A stretch of 64,000 nucleotides of DNA, from positions 54,374,001 to 54,438,000 of the forward strand of contig NC_043000.1 in assembly GCF_006345805.1 (NCBI RefSeq), in the 5' to 3' direction. The stretch is from Octopus sinensis (taxonomy: Eukaryota). Below, one piece after another: positions 1-13,233 of this stretch (position 1 is the stretch's first letter; every line of letters begins with the position of its first letter). A program made the position numbers and the translations under genes. The notes beneath the pieces are model-generated. The model did not search any database and had not been told where the DNA came from. It saw only the letters and a program-made list of their open reading frames with translations.

Positions 1-367
1 CTGCTGTATACAGCAAGAGTGATTTAGGAAGTTAAAACTTAGTGCACATGCACAGCAGAGCTCAAGGGGAAGCGTGCTTTAGTCTATTGTATCATTAATA
101 CAATATCTGAGTTGAATTGAGGGAAACTGCTTAAAAGGTCATGAGATGAATCATGTCTGTGATTCAAAAGTTCACTTTCGGAACAGAGGCTCACATTGAT
201 TTATTCAGATAATTATGTTAAGAGTACATGCTTCTGTGGAATGCTCAGTTACTTCAGGCTTTAATTCTGAGTAGGTTATTCATTTGATCAAACAAATAAT
301 ATACATTGTTAATATCAACAGAGGATTTATATGAATAGATAAACATATGTAAACATGCATATATATG

Positions 368-371
<4 letters not shown>

Positions 372-420
<49 letters not shown>
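372..420. repeat. (TA)n microsatellite
   Basis: Uninterrupted TA dinucleotide run; one of many in the window. Confidence 0.98.
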
Positions 421-421
<1 letters not shown>

Positions 422-425
<4 letters not shown>

Positions 426-648
426 GCTGGCAGAAATGTTAGCACACCAGGCGAAATGCGTAGCCGTATTTCGTCTGCCGTTACGTTCTGAGTTCAAATA
501 CCACCGAGGTCGACTTTGCCTTTCATCCTTTCGGGGTCAATAAATTAAGGACCAGTTACACATTGGGGTCGATGAAATCGACTTGATCCCTTTGTCTGTC
601 CTTGTTTATCCTCTCTGAGTTTAGCCCCTTATGGGTAGTAAAGAAATA
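422..648 (+). mobile_element. tRNA-derived SINE, family A (near full length)
   Basis: A-box-like GAGCTGGCAGAAATG, B-box GAGTTCAAATACC and GTCGAC-rich body ending AAAGAAATA; colinear with copies at 13003 and 48536. Confidence 0.9.
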
Positions 649-664
649 TATATATATAAGTATG

Positions 665-701
<37 letters not shown>

Positions 702-3371
702 ATGTTGTACATAAGTGTGCATGTGTCTGTGTGAATATGTGTGTGTGTACACACACACACACACACGCACATAAATACATATATGTATGCGCATCTTTTA
801 TTTTTCATTAAATACATTTATTCATATATTGAGATATATTCACTTTGTTGTTCTGCCAAACCCAAACACACATATACATAGACACATGTATGTGTACACA
901 CACATGTGTATGTAAATGTATCTGCATATATAAATATGAGAGTAGTAATGTTTATGTGTGTGGATATGTGGTGGTAGCCATATTAGTTTTTTTGGCAAGA
1001 AGGTAGTGGCACACTGGTTGAAAACTGTATTTAAAAAATGATCAGAAATAAGACCTATTTTGCATGTGAAGACAGATGAAGTGAAATAAAATTGTATATA
1101 ATCATTTCTCTGTTGAAATAAACAAATATTGTATGTTCTTGCTTGTTTGCTTTTTTCTTTTACAAAAATCCCCCCAAAACAGACATCTTGTTGTCAAAAG
1201 ATGATTTATCATCACTTTTGACAAAATTGATAAAATTTTCCTGATCATAAATTTGGAAGATAACTGTAAATAACAATTATAGTGTTTTGCAAAACGTTAC
1301 AGCCTAGGTAACTTTTACCTTCTTTTTTCTTTTAGCTATTTGAATGTGATTCAACATAACCCTATGAAATGCAGAACAATGATTTTAAAGTCTTTATTTG
1401 ATATTTTAGAATTATTTGAGTATATATATATTTAGTTATGAAAGTCAGACTGAAGTTGGATCTGGATAACTTGAATTAAAACAAACTTAAAGTAAAATTA
1501 TGTGAGAAACAATCATTTCTTGTATTGACAGTGGGGCATATAACTTTGAAAAATGCTTATTTGAGTTAATTTTCTACAGCCGCCAGTGCAAATGCATAGT
1601 TTGGCAACCTTTATTGGAAAAAGATGTACTGGCCTGCAACTCTGTTGTTATTTAGCTTCAGCATATTTCTAATTGATCAAACAGCCCCTAGATCAGAGCA
1701 TTCTGCCCATTGCCACCATACTCTTTTTCTGAGACCAAGTAGCTAAAATTATATTATCCAGCAGTTATTTCGTTTTTCGTGTTGGTAAGGTGTGATTCAA
1801 GGGAAATTTGGCTGTTATTATAGAACTTTGACAGACTAAGTAGAACCTTCCTAACTGGCTCGTCTTAATATCTGAGACTGGATGTTTAGGTTTGGATACA
1901 CAAGTATGTTTCATCTGATGTCTATATATTTCATCTGTTGCACATTTTGAATTTATCCAGATAAATTCAAAATGTAATATCTTTAATGAATTTACACCAT
2001 ATTGTTAGATGTTGCAACCATTTCTACTTCTGATAGCTTCAAAATATTTAATTTGAATGCATCTGTTTTTGAAAGCCCCCAATTTGGCTTATTTTAATAT
2101 ATTAAATGTATAGTTATACAGAGTATGTATATATTAGTGAATGGGATTTATAGAATCAAATTAACACATGTACAATAATAGGACTGAGAACAATAAAATT
2201 AGGCACAACTTTATTATGGATTAGTTTATAAGAAGAAAATGAGATACAAGCAAACTTGGTGGAAAGAGATTTAGGTAAGTATATGTTTGTTAGTTAGCTG
2301 CACTTAACCAGAAAAGTGCGTTGGCTTGGAAGCTCTAGAAATAGTGTGTCTAAGTGGATGTAGTTTAAGAGTCAAGGGTTATTGAATGTATCATACACAT
2401 TGTGTTGCTTTAATGAGTCAGTTGAAATTTAGTATCTTTGTTTCCCATTATAAATTTGGTTTATAATTCCAGAGTCTAATTTTATCACTTAGATATATCC
2501 CGCTGCATTGTTGGTTGGATTTCTAACATGATAAGTATTTAAAATCAATTTTGCATGTTGATAAAATTGGACTTCTTTTAATGTTCCTCATTGTGAACCT
2601 ACATTGTTTATGCTATTTATGCATCATCAACATAAAGCTTCAACTCATTGCTTATGATTATTTAATATATAAGTTTCATTACTAAACAGATAGCAAAATT
2701 ATTCCAATTAATGAAAATTTGAATTGGCTGAATATACTCTAGAGAGAATATTTGATGTTTAGATAATTCACAACTTAAAAAAAAAATCTAGTATTTATCA
2801 ATTTGTTTCAAATGTCAAGTGATCTAAGATATTTGTATAATTAATTCATAAGGGATATGAATATAGATATATAGACTAATATTTCACTTTATTGTCAATT
2901 AACATGGTAAAAAGTTTTAAAGATTTTGGTTATGATAATTGAAACACAATAACTCTCTAGTACTATTAATGTTTGATGTTTTCTTATTTGTAACATAACA
3001 CCTTAACACAATCATTGATATATTTCACTATGACTGCTTAATCATATGTAGCATTAATGTTGTAGTCATTTAAATTAGAGTGAATCAGTTTTGCTTACTA
3101 TAATTTATATAAGGTTCGTAGAATATTATTTATATATTTAATAAACAAATAAATAGTCTGGAGTCCAAACCTACATTTAGGTCAAAGATTTTAGTATCGA
3201 GTTTGATTGGCAATGGAGAGATGAACATTTGAACGAAGGGAAAAAAGGATGAAGGAAATATTTCGAGTTCTTTTTAATATAAACATCTTAAAAGTGGAAT
3301 TCATCATCAACATCGTTTTCCCATGTTCACCACATAGGGCAGATGGTTTCATAGGATCTGACATGCTGTAA

Positions 3372-3485
3372 GGCCACATCGGGCTCTAATGTCAACATTG
3401 ACACGGTTTCTATAGCTGGATGCCTTTTCTAGTGTCAACGACACGACAGTGTTTACTGGGCGCTTTATTCTTATTCCACTGGCAA
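3372..3485 (-). mobile_element. Degenerate SINE fragment with GGAAGGGCATCC-type central domain
   Basis: TATAGCTGGATGCCTTTTCTAGTGTCAAC resembles the reverse complement of the GGTTGGCGTTAGGAAGGGCATCCAGCCGTA domain of invertebrate SINEs (recalled, not searched). Confidence 0.45.
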
Positions 3486-4046
3486 GATTGCCAAATAATT
3501 TGCTCGAAAAGAAAGGAACAGGAGAGAAAATAAAGGAGGAAAGAAAAGTAAAAGGGAAAGGCAATTTGATTATATGGGGATTAGTATTTGAGAGGTAGAG
3601 AAGGGCGACAGTTTTATGGCAGGCGTTGTGATGATAGATATAAAATCTTTGTTAAGAACAAATCTTTTGACTAAGCACATGATATATAAATTATTCTTTG
3701 AACATCGACATATTACTGATACTCATCAACCTTGGGAATATGGAAAAATAGGATTTCGATTCAAAATTGTGAACTAATGAATGACTTATCATCAATCAAT
3801 TGAGATGGCTTTCTTCTGTTTGAACATCTCACCACGTAAAGTGTCAATAAAATAATGGCAGTTTCCTCTAGTTTCAAAATTTGCTTAACATCTAACTTGG
3901 ATATTTCCATTTTCAACAATTTTCATATTGATTTTAATGCATACATTTTTACTGCCAGTCTTCCTATTTAATTCAAATTTAGTTTGCCTTAGAGAAAATG
4001 ACCCGAGCAGTTGTTGCATCAGCCTTTTCAAAGTAATTCTTAAACT

Positions 4047-4140
4047 CTATGCAAATATTCTCTCACTGATTGTAAAGAGGGCAGCTTCACTGTTAACAGC
4101 AAAACTTGCATTGATCATCTTTTCATTCTGATTTGAAAAA
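4047..4140 (-). other. Candidate terminal coding exon (xFSNQNEKMINASFAVNSEAALFTISERIFA*)
   Basis: Minus-strand acceptor gtaactttttcag at 4141, then a phase-2 frame open for 30 codons to TAG. No upstream exon proven. Confidence 0.25.
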
Positions 4141-5420
4141 CTGAAAAAGTTACAAATGTTTAGGAATTATAAATACGTTTAGTAACCATATAGGAAAATG
4201 GAAACTCAGAATAGCAGCTAATGCTTTATATCGATATTCATATTAATGTTAATACTTCTTAGCGTATGAAAGAAAAGAAAAATATCTTGTAATAAAGGAT
4301 TAAAAAAAGGAAAGAATAAACGATTTAAATGCTGCGTATTACACACATGTGTTGTAGATGCATTTACATTTCAGAAGAGATTAAGTGCTTACACACACAC
4401 ACACACACACACACACGCGGATACAAAATTTACTGTAAAAACCAAAATATAGAGTGATAGCATATATAAACATATGTGTAAAAGTATATGGTATCAAATC
4501 AAATTTAAGAATATTGAATTTATACCACAGAACAGGAAACTACACCTCACAAACGGAAATAATATTTATACATAAGATTATGAAAAAAATATCTATATAA
4601 AATAAGTGAAGAAAAGCCGGTAAGTTGATTGAAAAAGGAAAGAAACCGATCTATGATGTGATCTCATGTATGGTGTATAAAGCTTGAACTTATATTAAAA
4701 GCACTGCAAGTTATAACGTCTGAATGTAAAATAATTATAGGTTACAATAATTGTAAGAAGCACATACAAAAATAAAACACCCTTTCATCTATGACCTATG
4801 TAAGGGATATTGAAATATTCAGGTTATTTAAAACTGATTTGACACACATATACATCCCGTTGACTTCCTCATTCAGAATACATAGCGCCAGTAATAAATT
4901 ACTAAATAAGTTTGTTGTAACAAATAAACACGAAGAAAAAAAATGATGTTAAGGCAGAAAGCTTGAGAAGAAAAAAAAAACTGTTGAAAGAAACAAATAA
5001 AATTATATTTTTTCATATATGTTTAAATGAATTTACACAGAATACCAACAAGTCTTTCAGGCAGAATTCATAACTTATTAATTTTGAACTATCTGCGAAA
5101 TAGTTTAATTTTCCGTATTTTGTATATAAAAAACCTGTACCTTTATTACATTTAGCAGGAATTGAACTTCTTTGTTTATGTACAGGTGTGTATGTGTGTG
5201 TGTCCATCTGTGTATATATTAGCATGTCGTATGTTTATATGTGTGTATATAAATATATATATATGTATATATGTATGTGTTTGTGTTTGTATATTACATG
5301 TTACCGGGTGCATCAGTATTTTTGAGGTTATTTACATGAAAATAGAAAATGATGCATAACTCATCAAAGAAACGGTGTATTTGAAAACAAATTATCTTGT
5401 GAATCCTTTTATCACGTCTA

Positions 5421-6343
5421 TTGTTTATCATCCCATGAATAATGCGATTTTTCATACTTCTTTTATTTTTCAAAATTAAGATAAACAAAGTACTGTTATA
5501 ATCTAAAATATACTCTCCTTCTTTTTCTACAATGCTCTTCCATCTATCTAGTAGAATTCCGAGGATTCTCTTCCAAAGATCACTTGTTCGTGACGAAAAA
5601 TATTCCTCCAGTACTGTTCTGACCTCGTCTACAGATTTCATATTTTCTCCGTCCAAATGATTTCGAAGACTGCGGGATAAATGATAATCAGATGGGGCAA
5701 TGTCCGGTGAATATAGTGCGTGGGGCATCGTTTCCCATTCAAGCTGCTCCAGCCTTCGGAATGTCATCCTCACTGTATGTGGCCGAGCATTATCGTAAAA
5801 GAAGAATACCTTTCGTCTTGAAACCAAAGGTGGTCGTTCTTCTAGCGCTGTTGTCGATGAATGGTTGAATGACCAAATCTAAGCTTCTCTGCTAGTTCCT
5901 CAACAGTTACGATGGAATTTTGTTTCACCAGGGTTTGCAGGACGTTCTCGTCGTCCCTTACAGATCTTCCAGGACGAGGTTTGTTTTCTACGCTGTAGTG
6001 TCCGGCTCGGAATTTCTGGAACCACCTTTGACATTGGCTTACACTTATTAGCCGATCCCTATGTACTGCATTAATATTCCTAGCACTTACCGTTGCGTTG
6101 TTGCCTTTATTGAACTAATAAAGCAAAATAAGCCGAATATGCTCCTTTGTCACTTCCATTACAGCTTTGGAAAAATAACTTAAAATCGAACTGCACTTTT
6201 CAAAACTTGCTGTAAGAATAAGGAAAATGTAAAATTACTCCCTACTTTTAAAGCAAGTTGATGCAGGTAGTTTTATCCCGTCTACCTCCGATTTTTAGTT
6301 CATGCAATTGAAAAAAACCCGCATTATTGACAGGATGACCCAA
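5421..6343 (-). mobile_element. Mariner (DD34D), internally deleted, both TIRs present
   Basis: Imperfect ~30-bp TIRs with TA flanks. N-terminal MEVTKEHIR/WFQKFRAG/PRPGR is joined directly to C-terminal DNARPH...YSPDIAPSDYHL (ORF 5294-5827); the WVPHEL and first catalytic D region is missing. Confidence 0.92.
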
Positions 6344-6354
6344 TATTTTATGAT

Positions 6355-6985
6355 TCTACCGTTAGCGTCAGTTACGTGGTCGGAAGAGTTGACATGCTCG
6401 AAGCAGATGAGCTTTATCAATTTTGGATAGTGCTGGTTGTGGCGAACTTGATAGAGTGTATGGTATTTTGGAGTGTTTATTGACTGCTCTCTCCACTACG
6501 CCCCGTGCGTAATAGTCTAGTAGAATGAGGTCTGGTAAACTAGCAGGCTATGTGTCTGGGAGGATATGACCATTGAGATTGGAACGCATTGGTGCTTGTG
6601 TTGTAGCTTTATATGACGAGACAAAGTCTTGTTGGAAGACGTACGGTCATCTGCTGCATATTCAGTCTATCCAGATCCTCACCACTCTCTGTAACACCTG
6701 CGTGTATATAGCGGCATTGACTCTTAAGACCTGTAAAGAAAAGTGAGGCATGACATCTACCTCGTTGCTGATGCCTCCCAGAACCATCACAGTTGCTACG
6801 AACTTGGAATGCATGACCGTTGAAAACTCGTTTGTGTCTATAAAAAGTTGTCGTTCCTTCGGTTTATCTTTGTGTCCTAACCGAAGTTTTTCACATCGGA
6901 GAAAAGTAAAGCATTCAAAATCTCTGGGTGTTTTAACTTGTTTAGTTAGCACTAAGTGCAGGATCGATCTATTTGATGAAACACT
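6355..6985 (-). mobile_element. DD37D/maT-type Tc1-mariner transposase fragment (decayed)
   Basis: FSDVKNF, VMVLGGISNEVDVMPHF, LRVNAAIYTQVLQRVVRIWID and the downstream RPYVFQQD-like and KAHLLRACQLF motifs. Confidence 0.8.
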
Positions 6986-7954
6986 TGATAGTTGCGGTCT
7001 AGCACGGCCGAAGTCCAGTGACTGAAACAAGTATATGATAAAAGATAATTGTGTTATATGAACAACTATTTAAGTGGAAAAGTATGATATTTTACCTTAC
7101 AAACAGCAGAATTGACGGCTTTACTAACTGAAGTTTTCCTCACTTCAACAATAAGTAGTTTCAAGTAGTACAAGGTATTACATTAAAAACATCCAAATAG
7201 ATTTACAACAGAAATAACTGTTTTACTGATTGTAAATCTGTCGCTATTTTTATCAGCTTGTCTTTTCTTCTTGCAGTCTTCCCAACATTATCTTCTTACT
7301 TTTTCCTCACTATTTGAGAGTAACACACTCATAGTGATATTTTTCAATGGCGTGTGAGACAAATTACACTTTGAACAGAAAAATGCAACACTTATTTTTC
7401 TCAGTGTTGCTCATCTATATTCAATTTTAAAAATTGATTGCTTTCATTATTATATTTTCGTCCCTTCAAATATATTAATTGAAAACATCGGCGTGTATTT
7501 ATAAGGAAAATTGGTAAATTATGACATCGCAATAAAAGTCGACGAAATTTTCGAAAGAAATATAAATCAAAGGAAAAAGAAATATCAGACCTCCACTTGA
7601 ATTTATATCGAAAATTCATAATTGTAATGACGTCATATTAGAACATTTTCCAAATGCTACAAATTATCTTGTTTTATGAAATTACTTTAAAAAATGCTTG
7701 CGGCGGACTGAAAAAGACGGTCGCACAGAGTGACGCTAATGATTTTCGGGATTTGCGTCTATTCATTTCAGAAACAGCTTGACGTATTGGTGAGAAGTTA
7801 GCGGCGTTGGAGAGCATAAATATTAAAGCTGTGGATGACAAAAATTTAGCTGATATAGAGGATTGGAAGTCATTGAATATTGAAAATGCTGCATCGGGAC
7901 TTCCGCTGAATGCTCTGAGAATACTGTAAATGCTACAAGGCATGGCATGCATTT

Positions 7955-8140
7955 CATGAAAACCAAATTTCCCTAAACATGGTGTCTTTGGGTGCGTCTC
8001 GAGTGAGGGTGACGTCACGCTACCCCACATCTTTGAACAAAGTGTAAATTGCTCCTCCTCAGGTGTTTGTTTCCAAAATTTCTTCGTTAGATCCACTCGC
8101 CACTTCAGTCAGTTCGATAATGCCCACCCAGAGTGATATA
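7955..8140 (+). mobile_element. DD37D/maT transposase fragment
   Basis: Forward frame FPKHGVFGCVSSEGDVTLPHIFEQ matches the same motif as the 6355-6985 copy. Confidence 0.65.
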
Positions 8141-8278
8141 TCATTCCCAACAGTTTGCAAACACAAATGTAGCCATATATATTGTGATAGCCAAGATACA
8201 ATTACAAAATACATAAAAAAAACAAAGAAAAGAAAAGGATCAGCTTAAAGAGCTCTGATATTAAATTCACTGCATTTT

Positions 8279-8335
<57 letters not shown>

Positions 8336-8599
8336 ATATTACATATTTTGTTTTCTTTAGGAAAATATGAAATTGATTTAATTTCCGTTTAGTCAATCAA
8401 TGGGTGCCGAACTCTTTTTTACTCTTCAACTCGGTTTCGCTATTACCATTTCTCAGCTGGAATTAACTTTGACTATCACTCACATTAATTGTACCTACCT
8501 CGAAGAATCTCTAAAACTCATGGACATAGTAATTTTCACTCTGATTAATTTTAACACACACAACTTTTTGTAACCTAAGGCAGCGCGCTTGTAGAATTG

Positions 8600-8770
8600 T
8601 TATTGCGCTGAGGAAATTGCTTTATTGGCATTTCTTTGGGCTCTTTACGTCCTGAGTTGACATTCCACCAAGATCGACTTCATCTTTTACCCTTTTGGAT
8701 TTGAGAAAATAAGTACTATTAGTGCAATGTGACGGATATAATCGGTTAGTACTCCTCTCCCCTAAAATTT
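8600..8770 (+). mobile_element. Old SINE family A copy
   Basis: Colinear degenerate match (tttacgtcctgagtt...gatcgactt...aaataagtact...ctcccctaaaatttt). Confidence 0.6.
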
Positions 8771-9102
8771 TAAATAGAATTAATTATCGTTAAATGAGCT
8801 AATATATTCTGCATGAGAAATTTCATAGGACAGGTATATTCACAAATCAGGAGTAAGTCCTAATTTGTATTCTAGCATCCAGATTTTGAATTTATGGATG
8901 AAGTGTAACTATCGGAGAATATTCCATTTCCCTATTATATCTAGAGGTTTTGGTTATAACAACGTTTTGTGAGGCTGTTAGGCTCAGTTATCTGCATACT
9001 CATTTAGGATCGAAATTTATTTTGTGATCTCTTTGTTGTGCATCTTTTCTGCAATTCAACTGCTATTCCCATTTCAAACCATTGCATTATATTTCCTAAA
9101 TA

Positions 9103-9305
9103 AGGCGGCGATCTGGCAGAAGCGTTTACACGCCGGACAAAACATTTAGTGACTTTTCGTTCTGAGTCTAAATTTTGCTGAGGTCGACTTTAGCTTTTTA
9201 TCCTTCCGGGTTTGATAAGATAAGTATCATCTGAGCGCTAAGGTTGATGTAATCGACCAGCCTTCTCTCCCGAAATTTTAGACCATTGTCTATTGTAGAA
9301 ATGAT
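9103..9305 (+). mobile_element. SINE family A, variant 3' tail
   Basis: GGCGGCGATCTGGCAGAAGCG head, gaggtcgacttt body, tail ccgaaattttagaccattgtctattgtagaa. Confidence 0.8.
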
Positions 9306-10915
9306 TTTATATTCTAAATTTTACGATTGAAATACGCGGTCGGAACTGTTCGCGAAATTTCGACATCTGTGTTATGTGGAATTATTACACATTGTTTCGC
9401 CTGACTGTTACCATCAAGATTATTGTATTTTTGAATACTCTATTTGCTTTCAAATTTTTCCTTATCCTTTCCATAAATTTTTAAAGAGTTATGATTTAAC
9501 AAATTTGTAATTGTATTTTTGTCTATCAATAATTTTAAAACAGTAAAAATTGTAATAAATTTTACGAAATAAATATTCCCATCAGGAATGAATATAATTA
9601 GTTTTTAATCAATTGATCATTTTTGATTAATAAAAACATGAAAATACATAAATATTTATTTCAAATATTTGATATTCAATAATTCCGAAAAGAGTTACTA
9701 GACTTATAAATAAATGCTTATAGATAAACGTTTCATGTGTATAATTTTTGATTGATGAATTAAAATATTTTCTTGTAATATACCCTAATAAATAAATTAA
9801 TTTTCCTCTCATTTCAAATTACATATAATTATACTGAATTATTATTGATTATTAAAATAATATTTTTTAAATATAAATATAATGAGTTGAATAATTAAAC
9901 ATTTGCATCATAGTTTAAAATATTATGAACGTTACGATAATGTGTATATTAATTAATACAATCCCGATACCTAAAATTTTCATTTCAAGACAGGTTAGAT
10001 TGTACAACAAATGTATTTTATAACGATAACAGTCACATCCTTTAGGAACAAATATAAATGTTATCCAGATATGGGATCCCATTAAAACAGACACTTGAAT
10101 GGAAAATGGTGGTAGGATGGGGTCTAACGTAAAAACAAGGTGTGATATCGGTCTCATCATAGTTGTTCGGATTAGTTAAAATAACACACATTGGTGTGAC
10201 TGCGAAGTTCTCTTCAGAACTGCTTATTCTGGATTCAGTTCCGTGACCTGGAGCCACGTGCATTTGTATTTTTAAGCGTAGCCTCTAGTTGGTGATCAAT
10301 GCCCTTTGATTGAAGTTTGGGAAAAGAGAATTCCCGTATCCGTACCTGTGATTTCACTTGGAGTAAAAGAAGTTTCTAAACCCATCGTAAACATTAATTA
10401 ACGTTTGTAATATTTTCTCAGATGCATCCTCAAGATGTCATGTATTGATGATTTTCGATATTTTTCTCCCTATAAATACATTTATGTGCTATAAAAAAAG
10501 AAAATCTGAAAAATTATGATTCTTTTGCAACCCCACTCTGCGACTCTGATTGTTTCTGTTTATAATTTAAAATATTAGAGAATCTGAGACGATCATTGTT
10601 GACATTTATCTACTGTTATTTTTTTAAATGAGTTACGTAAACGATAATTCATTTTTAATACCATACTTTTCACTTATAAAATGTTATTTTTTTCTTACAC
10701 ACACACACGGCTTCGCTTGATTGAGGTGGGGGTAAAAATTTAGATTACAATTTTTTTTGTTGCTTATATACCACCAATGAACCACGCGTAAGTTACTTCG
10801 GCATCATCATTCCATAAAATATTTTTAATGGGAGAAAAATATTGAAAATATCAATACATGTGAGAGTGAAAACGAAGGGTGGTTTGGGTTGTGCTAGAAA
10901 CAACAGCCAAATATC

Positions 10916-11345
10916 CCTTGAATTGTTCACCTTTTCCTCTGAAAATATCTGCAACTTTGTTTTTCCCTGAAAGGAATTCCTCCCATGGTTTTTAAGTTTA
11001 AAAAAGTAGTCAATATCGGTCCGGATATTCATTATTTTAAGTCTTATAGCGTTCCAAACAGCCACAACAATAAAATCACTTCTTAATTTTTTAAACAAAA
11101 TTCATACTGGTATATTAAAAAAAACAGCTAAACCTCACTTGAATTGTTCACTTCGGAAAATATTTACATTTATTTATTTATTATTTTTTTCCCGTAAAGG
11201 GTCCCTCATGGTTTTTAAGTTTTAAAAAATGGCCAAAATCGATCTGGATAGTTATTATTGTAACGCTTATAAGCCTCCCAAACAGTCATAACGACAAAAT
11301 CACTTAATTCTTTTACAAAAATTGTTCTGGTATATTAAAAAAAAA
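10916..11345 (+). repeat. Degenerate tandem duplication, ~220-bp unit
   Basis: Colinear anchors cttgaattgttcac, catggtttttaagttt, ccaaacag, aaaatcactt and ctggtatattaaaaaaaa occur in both units. Confidence 0.8.
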
Positions 11346-11347
11346 TT

Positions 11348-11760
11348 CCATGTTAAGCTACTTCACATTTGTCCACAAGGTTTGAGAATTAATGCACCTG
11401 GATACATTGAGATGCTGAAGAGACTTATAAAGCTTAGCATCGATGAAGTATTCAGTTGAAGGCCATACATATTTCAGCAAGCCTTAGTACCCCCTTACAA
11501 AGCCTACATATTTTAAGAATGTATGTTTGATAATCTTTACGATTATGTAACGCCAAGCTTGTGGTCTTCGAACTCGCCACATTTTAATCTCAATGACTGC
11601 ACCATTTGAAGCGAAGTTAAAAGGGAGGCTGATCGACATCCTCACAACGACAGTTTCACTGAAGTTCTCCACTGCCCAGTTGATGACTAAAATAAATAAG
11701 GACCATTTATTACAGGTATGTCGACGATTCTAGTTCCGCACTGACGCTCAGGATTGATTA
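11348..11760 (+). mobile_element. DD37D/maT transposase C-terminal fragment
   Basis: PQGLRINAPGYIEML, RPYIFQQ, LWSSNSPHFN and NKDHLLQVCRRF motifs, with stops. Confidence 0.75.
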
Positions 11761-12589
11761 ATAGAATAATCTTATGAGAAAGCTTATTGCGAACATGTGC
11801 ACACATTTCTATCTATTGAAATGCATTTGTTTTTTGTTCGATTAGATTTTATATATTGTTAAATTGCCAAATATGTCCCCAATACCTCTTGCACCTTGTA
11901 TATATTATATATGTATGTGTGTGGGAATGAGTATATATTTTGATGCTGTATATCGCCAAAAGATGTAAACATGGAAGAGAAAAGTAATACATTAGTGTGA
12001 ATAAAATATATCATGCATTTCTTTCTTCTGCTTGAATTGAGAAGACCCACACTTATCGTCTTCTGCGTCTTAAGTACAACGAAACATTGATCGGTCATCT
12101 AGAAAACTGCACTCATCGACCTGACTGCCCACAAATTGTAATATAAAATTAAATGTAAGAAAACGTCTCTGCCAAAGTATAACCTGTTATCATAAGTAAG
12201 GAAAGTTACGTTATATGATGGAGAATTCAATCTGCTATAGCTTAAACCCTCGCCTCTCAAAATAAAATAAAATAAAAAATTAAAAAACGTTTTTTCTCGG
12301 CTGGAATATGTTTGATCATGTCTGCATGATTAAGCATAGCCTGGAGCCAGATAACAATAACGGAGACAACAGCAAAACATCATAAACAACTACATTAAAA
12401 GAAATATCTTAAATATTTTCGTGAATTGCTGCTTATTAAAAAAAATATTTTTATTGTATAGCGATACCATGACGGGAAGTTAACTTCGATACGTTCAAAA
12501 TCTATATGCAGAGATATAACTTGTAGTCAAAGAAATAATTCTTTCGAAAATTGGTTGAAGACCAGCGATTCAGACGCAAAACCTTGTTG

Positions 12590-12665
12590 CCCCATAACGT
12601 CTCTGGTTAAGACTTGGATGCAACTCATAAATTAAAGCAAAACCAAAACATATCATAATAATAAT
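12590..12665 (+). mobile_element. Degenerate 3' tail of an R4/Dong-like LINE
   Basis: ctctggttaagacttggatgcaact...aaagcaaaa...ataataataat matches the tail at 57855-57912. Confidence 0.5.
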
Positions 12666-12799
12666 ACAAGCTATAATACATGCATTAACGAAGAATACAA
12701 TTAGCAATGCAAACATTACAATAATTAATTAATTACATAATGAAATAAACTGTTAATAAAATGTTTGATTGTTTCCGATGTAAATACAGTCATAATAAA

Positions 12800-12955
12800 T
12801 TTGAGGGGATGGGTTACTCGATACAGTCGACTAGAGGACGTCACTATACTTTACTTACTCTTGAAATGACAATGTTGATCTTGTAGTAATTTGAGATCAG
12901 AAAGTTAGGGGCCAGAATAAAAAACTGCTATGTCGCTCAAACGTTTCTGCCAATT
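12800..12955 (-). mobile_element. SINE family A, degenerate, reverse
   Basis: Reverse-complement match to the family A body and tail (gatacagtcgact, aatttgagatcagaaagtt). Confidence 0.55.
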
Positions 12956-13002
12956 TGTCTCCCTTTTCAATGAAAACAGTTAAGTGATAATATTAGTAAT
13001 TA

Positions 13003-13233
13003 GGGCGGCGAGCTGGCAGAAACGTTAGCACGCCAGGTGAAATGCCTAGCGTTATTTCGTCTGCCGTTACGTTCTGAGTTCAAATTCCGCCGAGGTCAAG
13101 TTTGCCTTTCATCCTTTCGGAGTCGATTAAATAAGTACCAGTTACACACTGGAGTTGATGTAATCGACTTAATCCCTTTGTCTGTCCTTGTTTGTCTTCT
13201 CTATGTTTAGCCCCCAGTGGGCATTAAAGAAAT
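13003..13233 (+). mobile_element. SINE family A, full length, young
   Basis: GGGCGGCGAGCTGGCAGAAACGTTAG, B-box GAGTTCAAATTCC, AAAGAAATA tail. Confidence 0.92.

Noticed and set aside
1-300. Possible C/D-box snoRNA (TGAT...CTGA motifs)
   Set aside because: No canonical RUGAUGA box C, terminal stem or recognisable rRNA guide.
7674-8096. 140-aa minus-strand ORF
   Set aside because: Ser/Phe-rich antisense shadow; its 5' half is the reverse of a maT transposase fragment.
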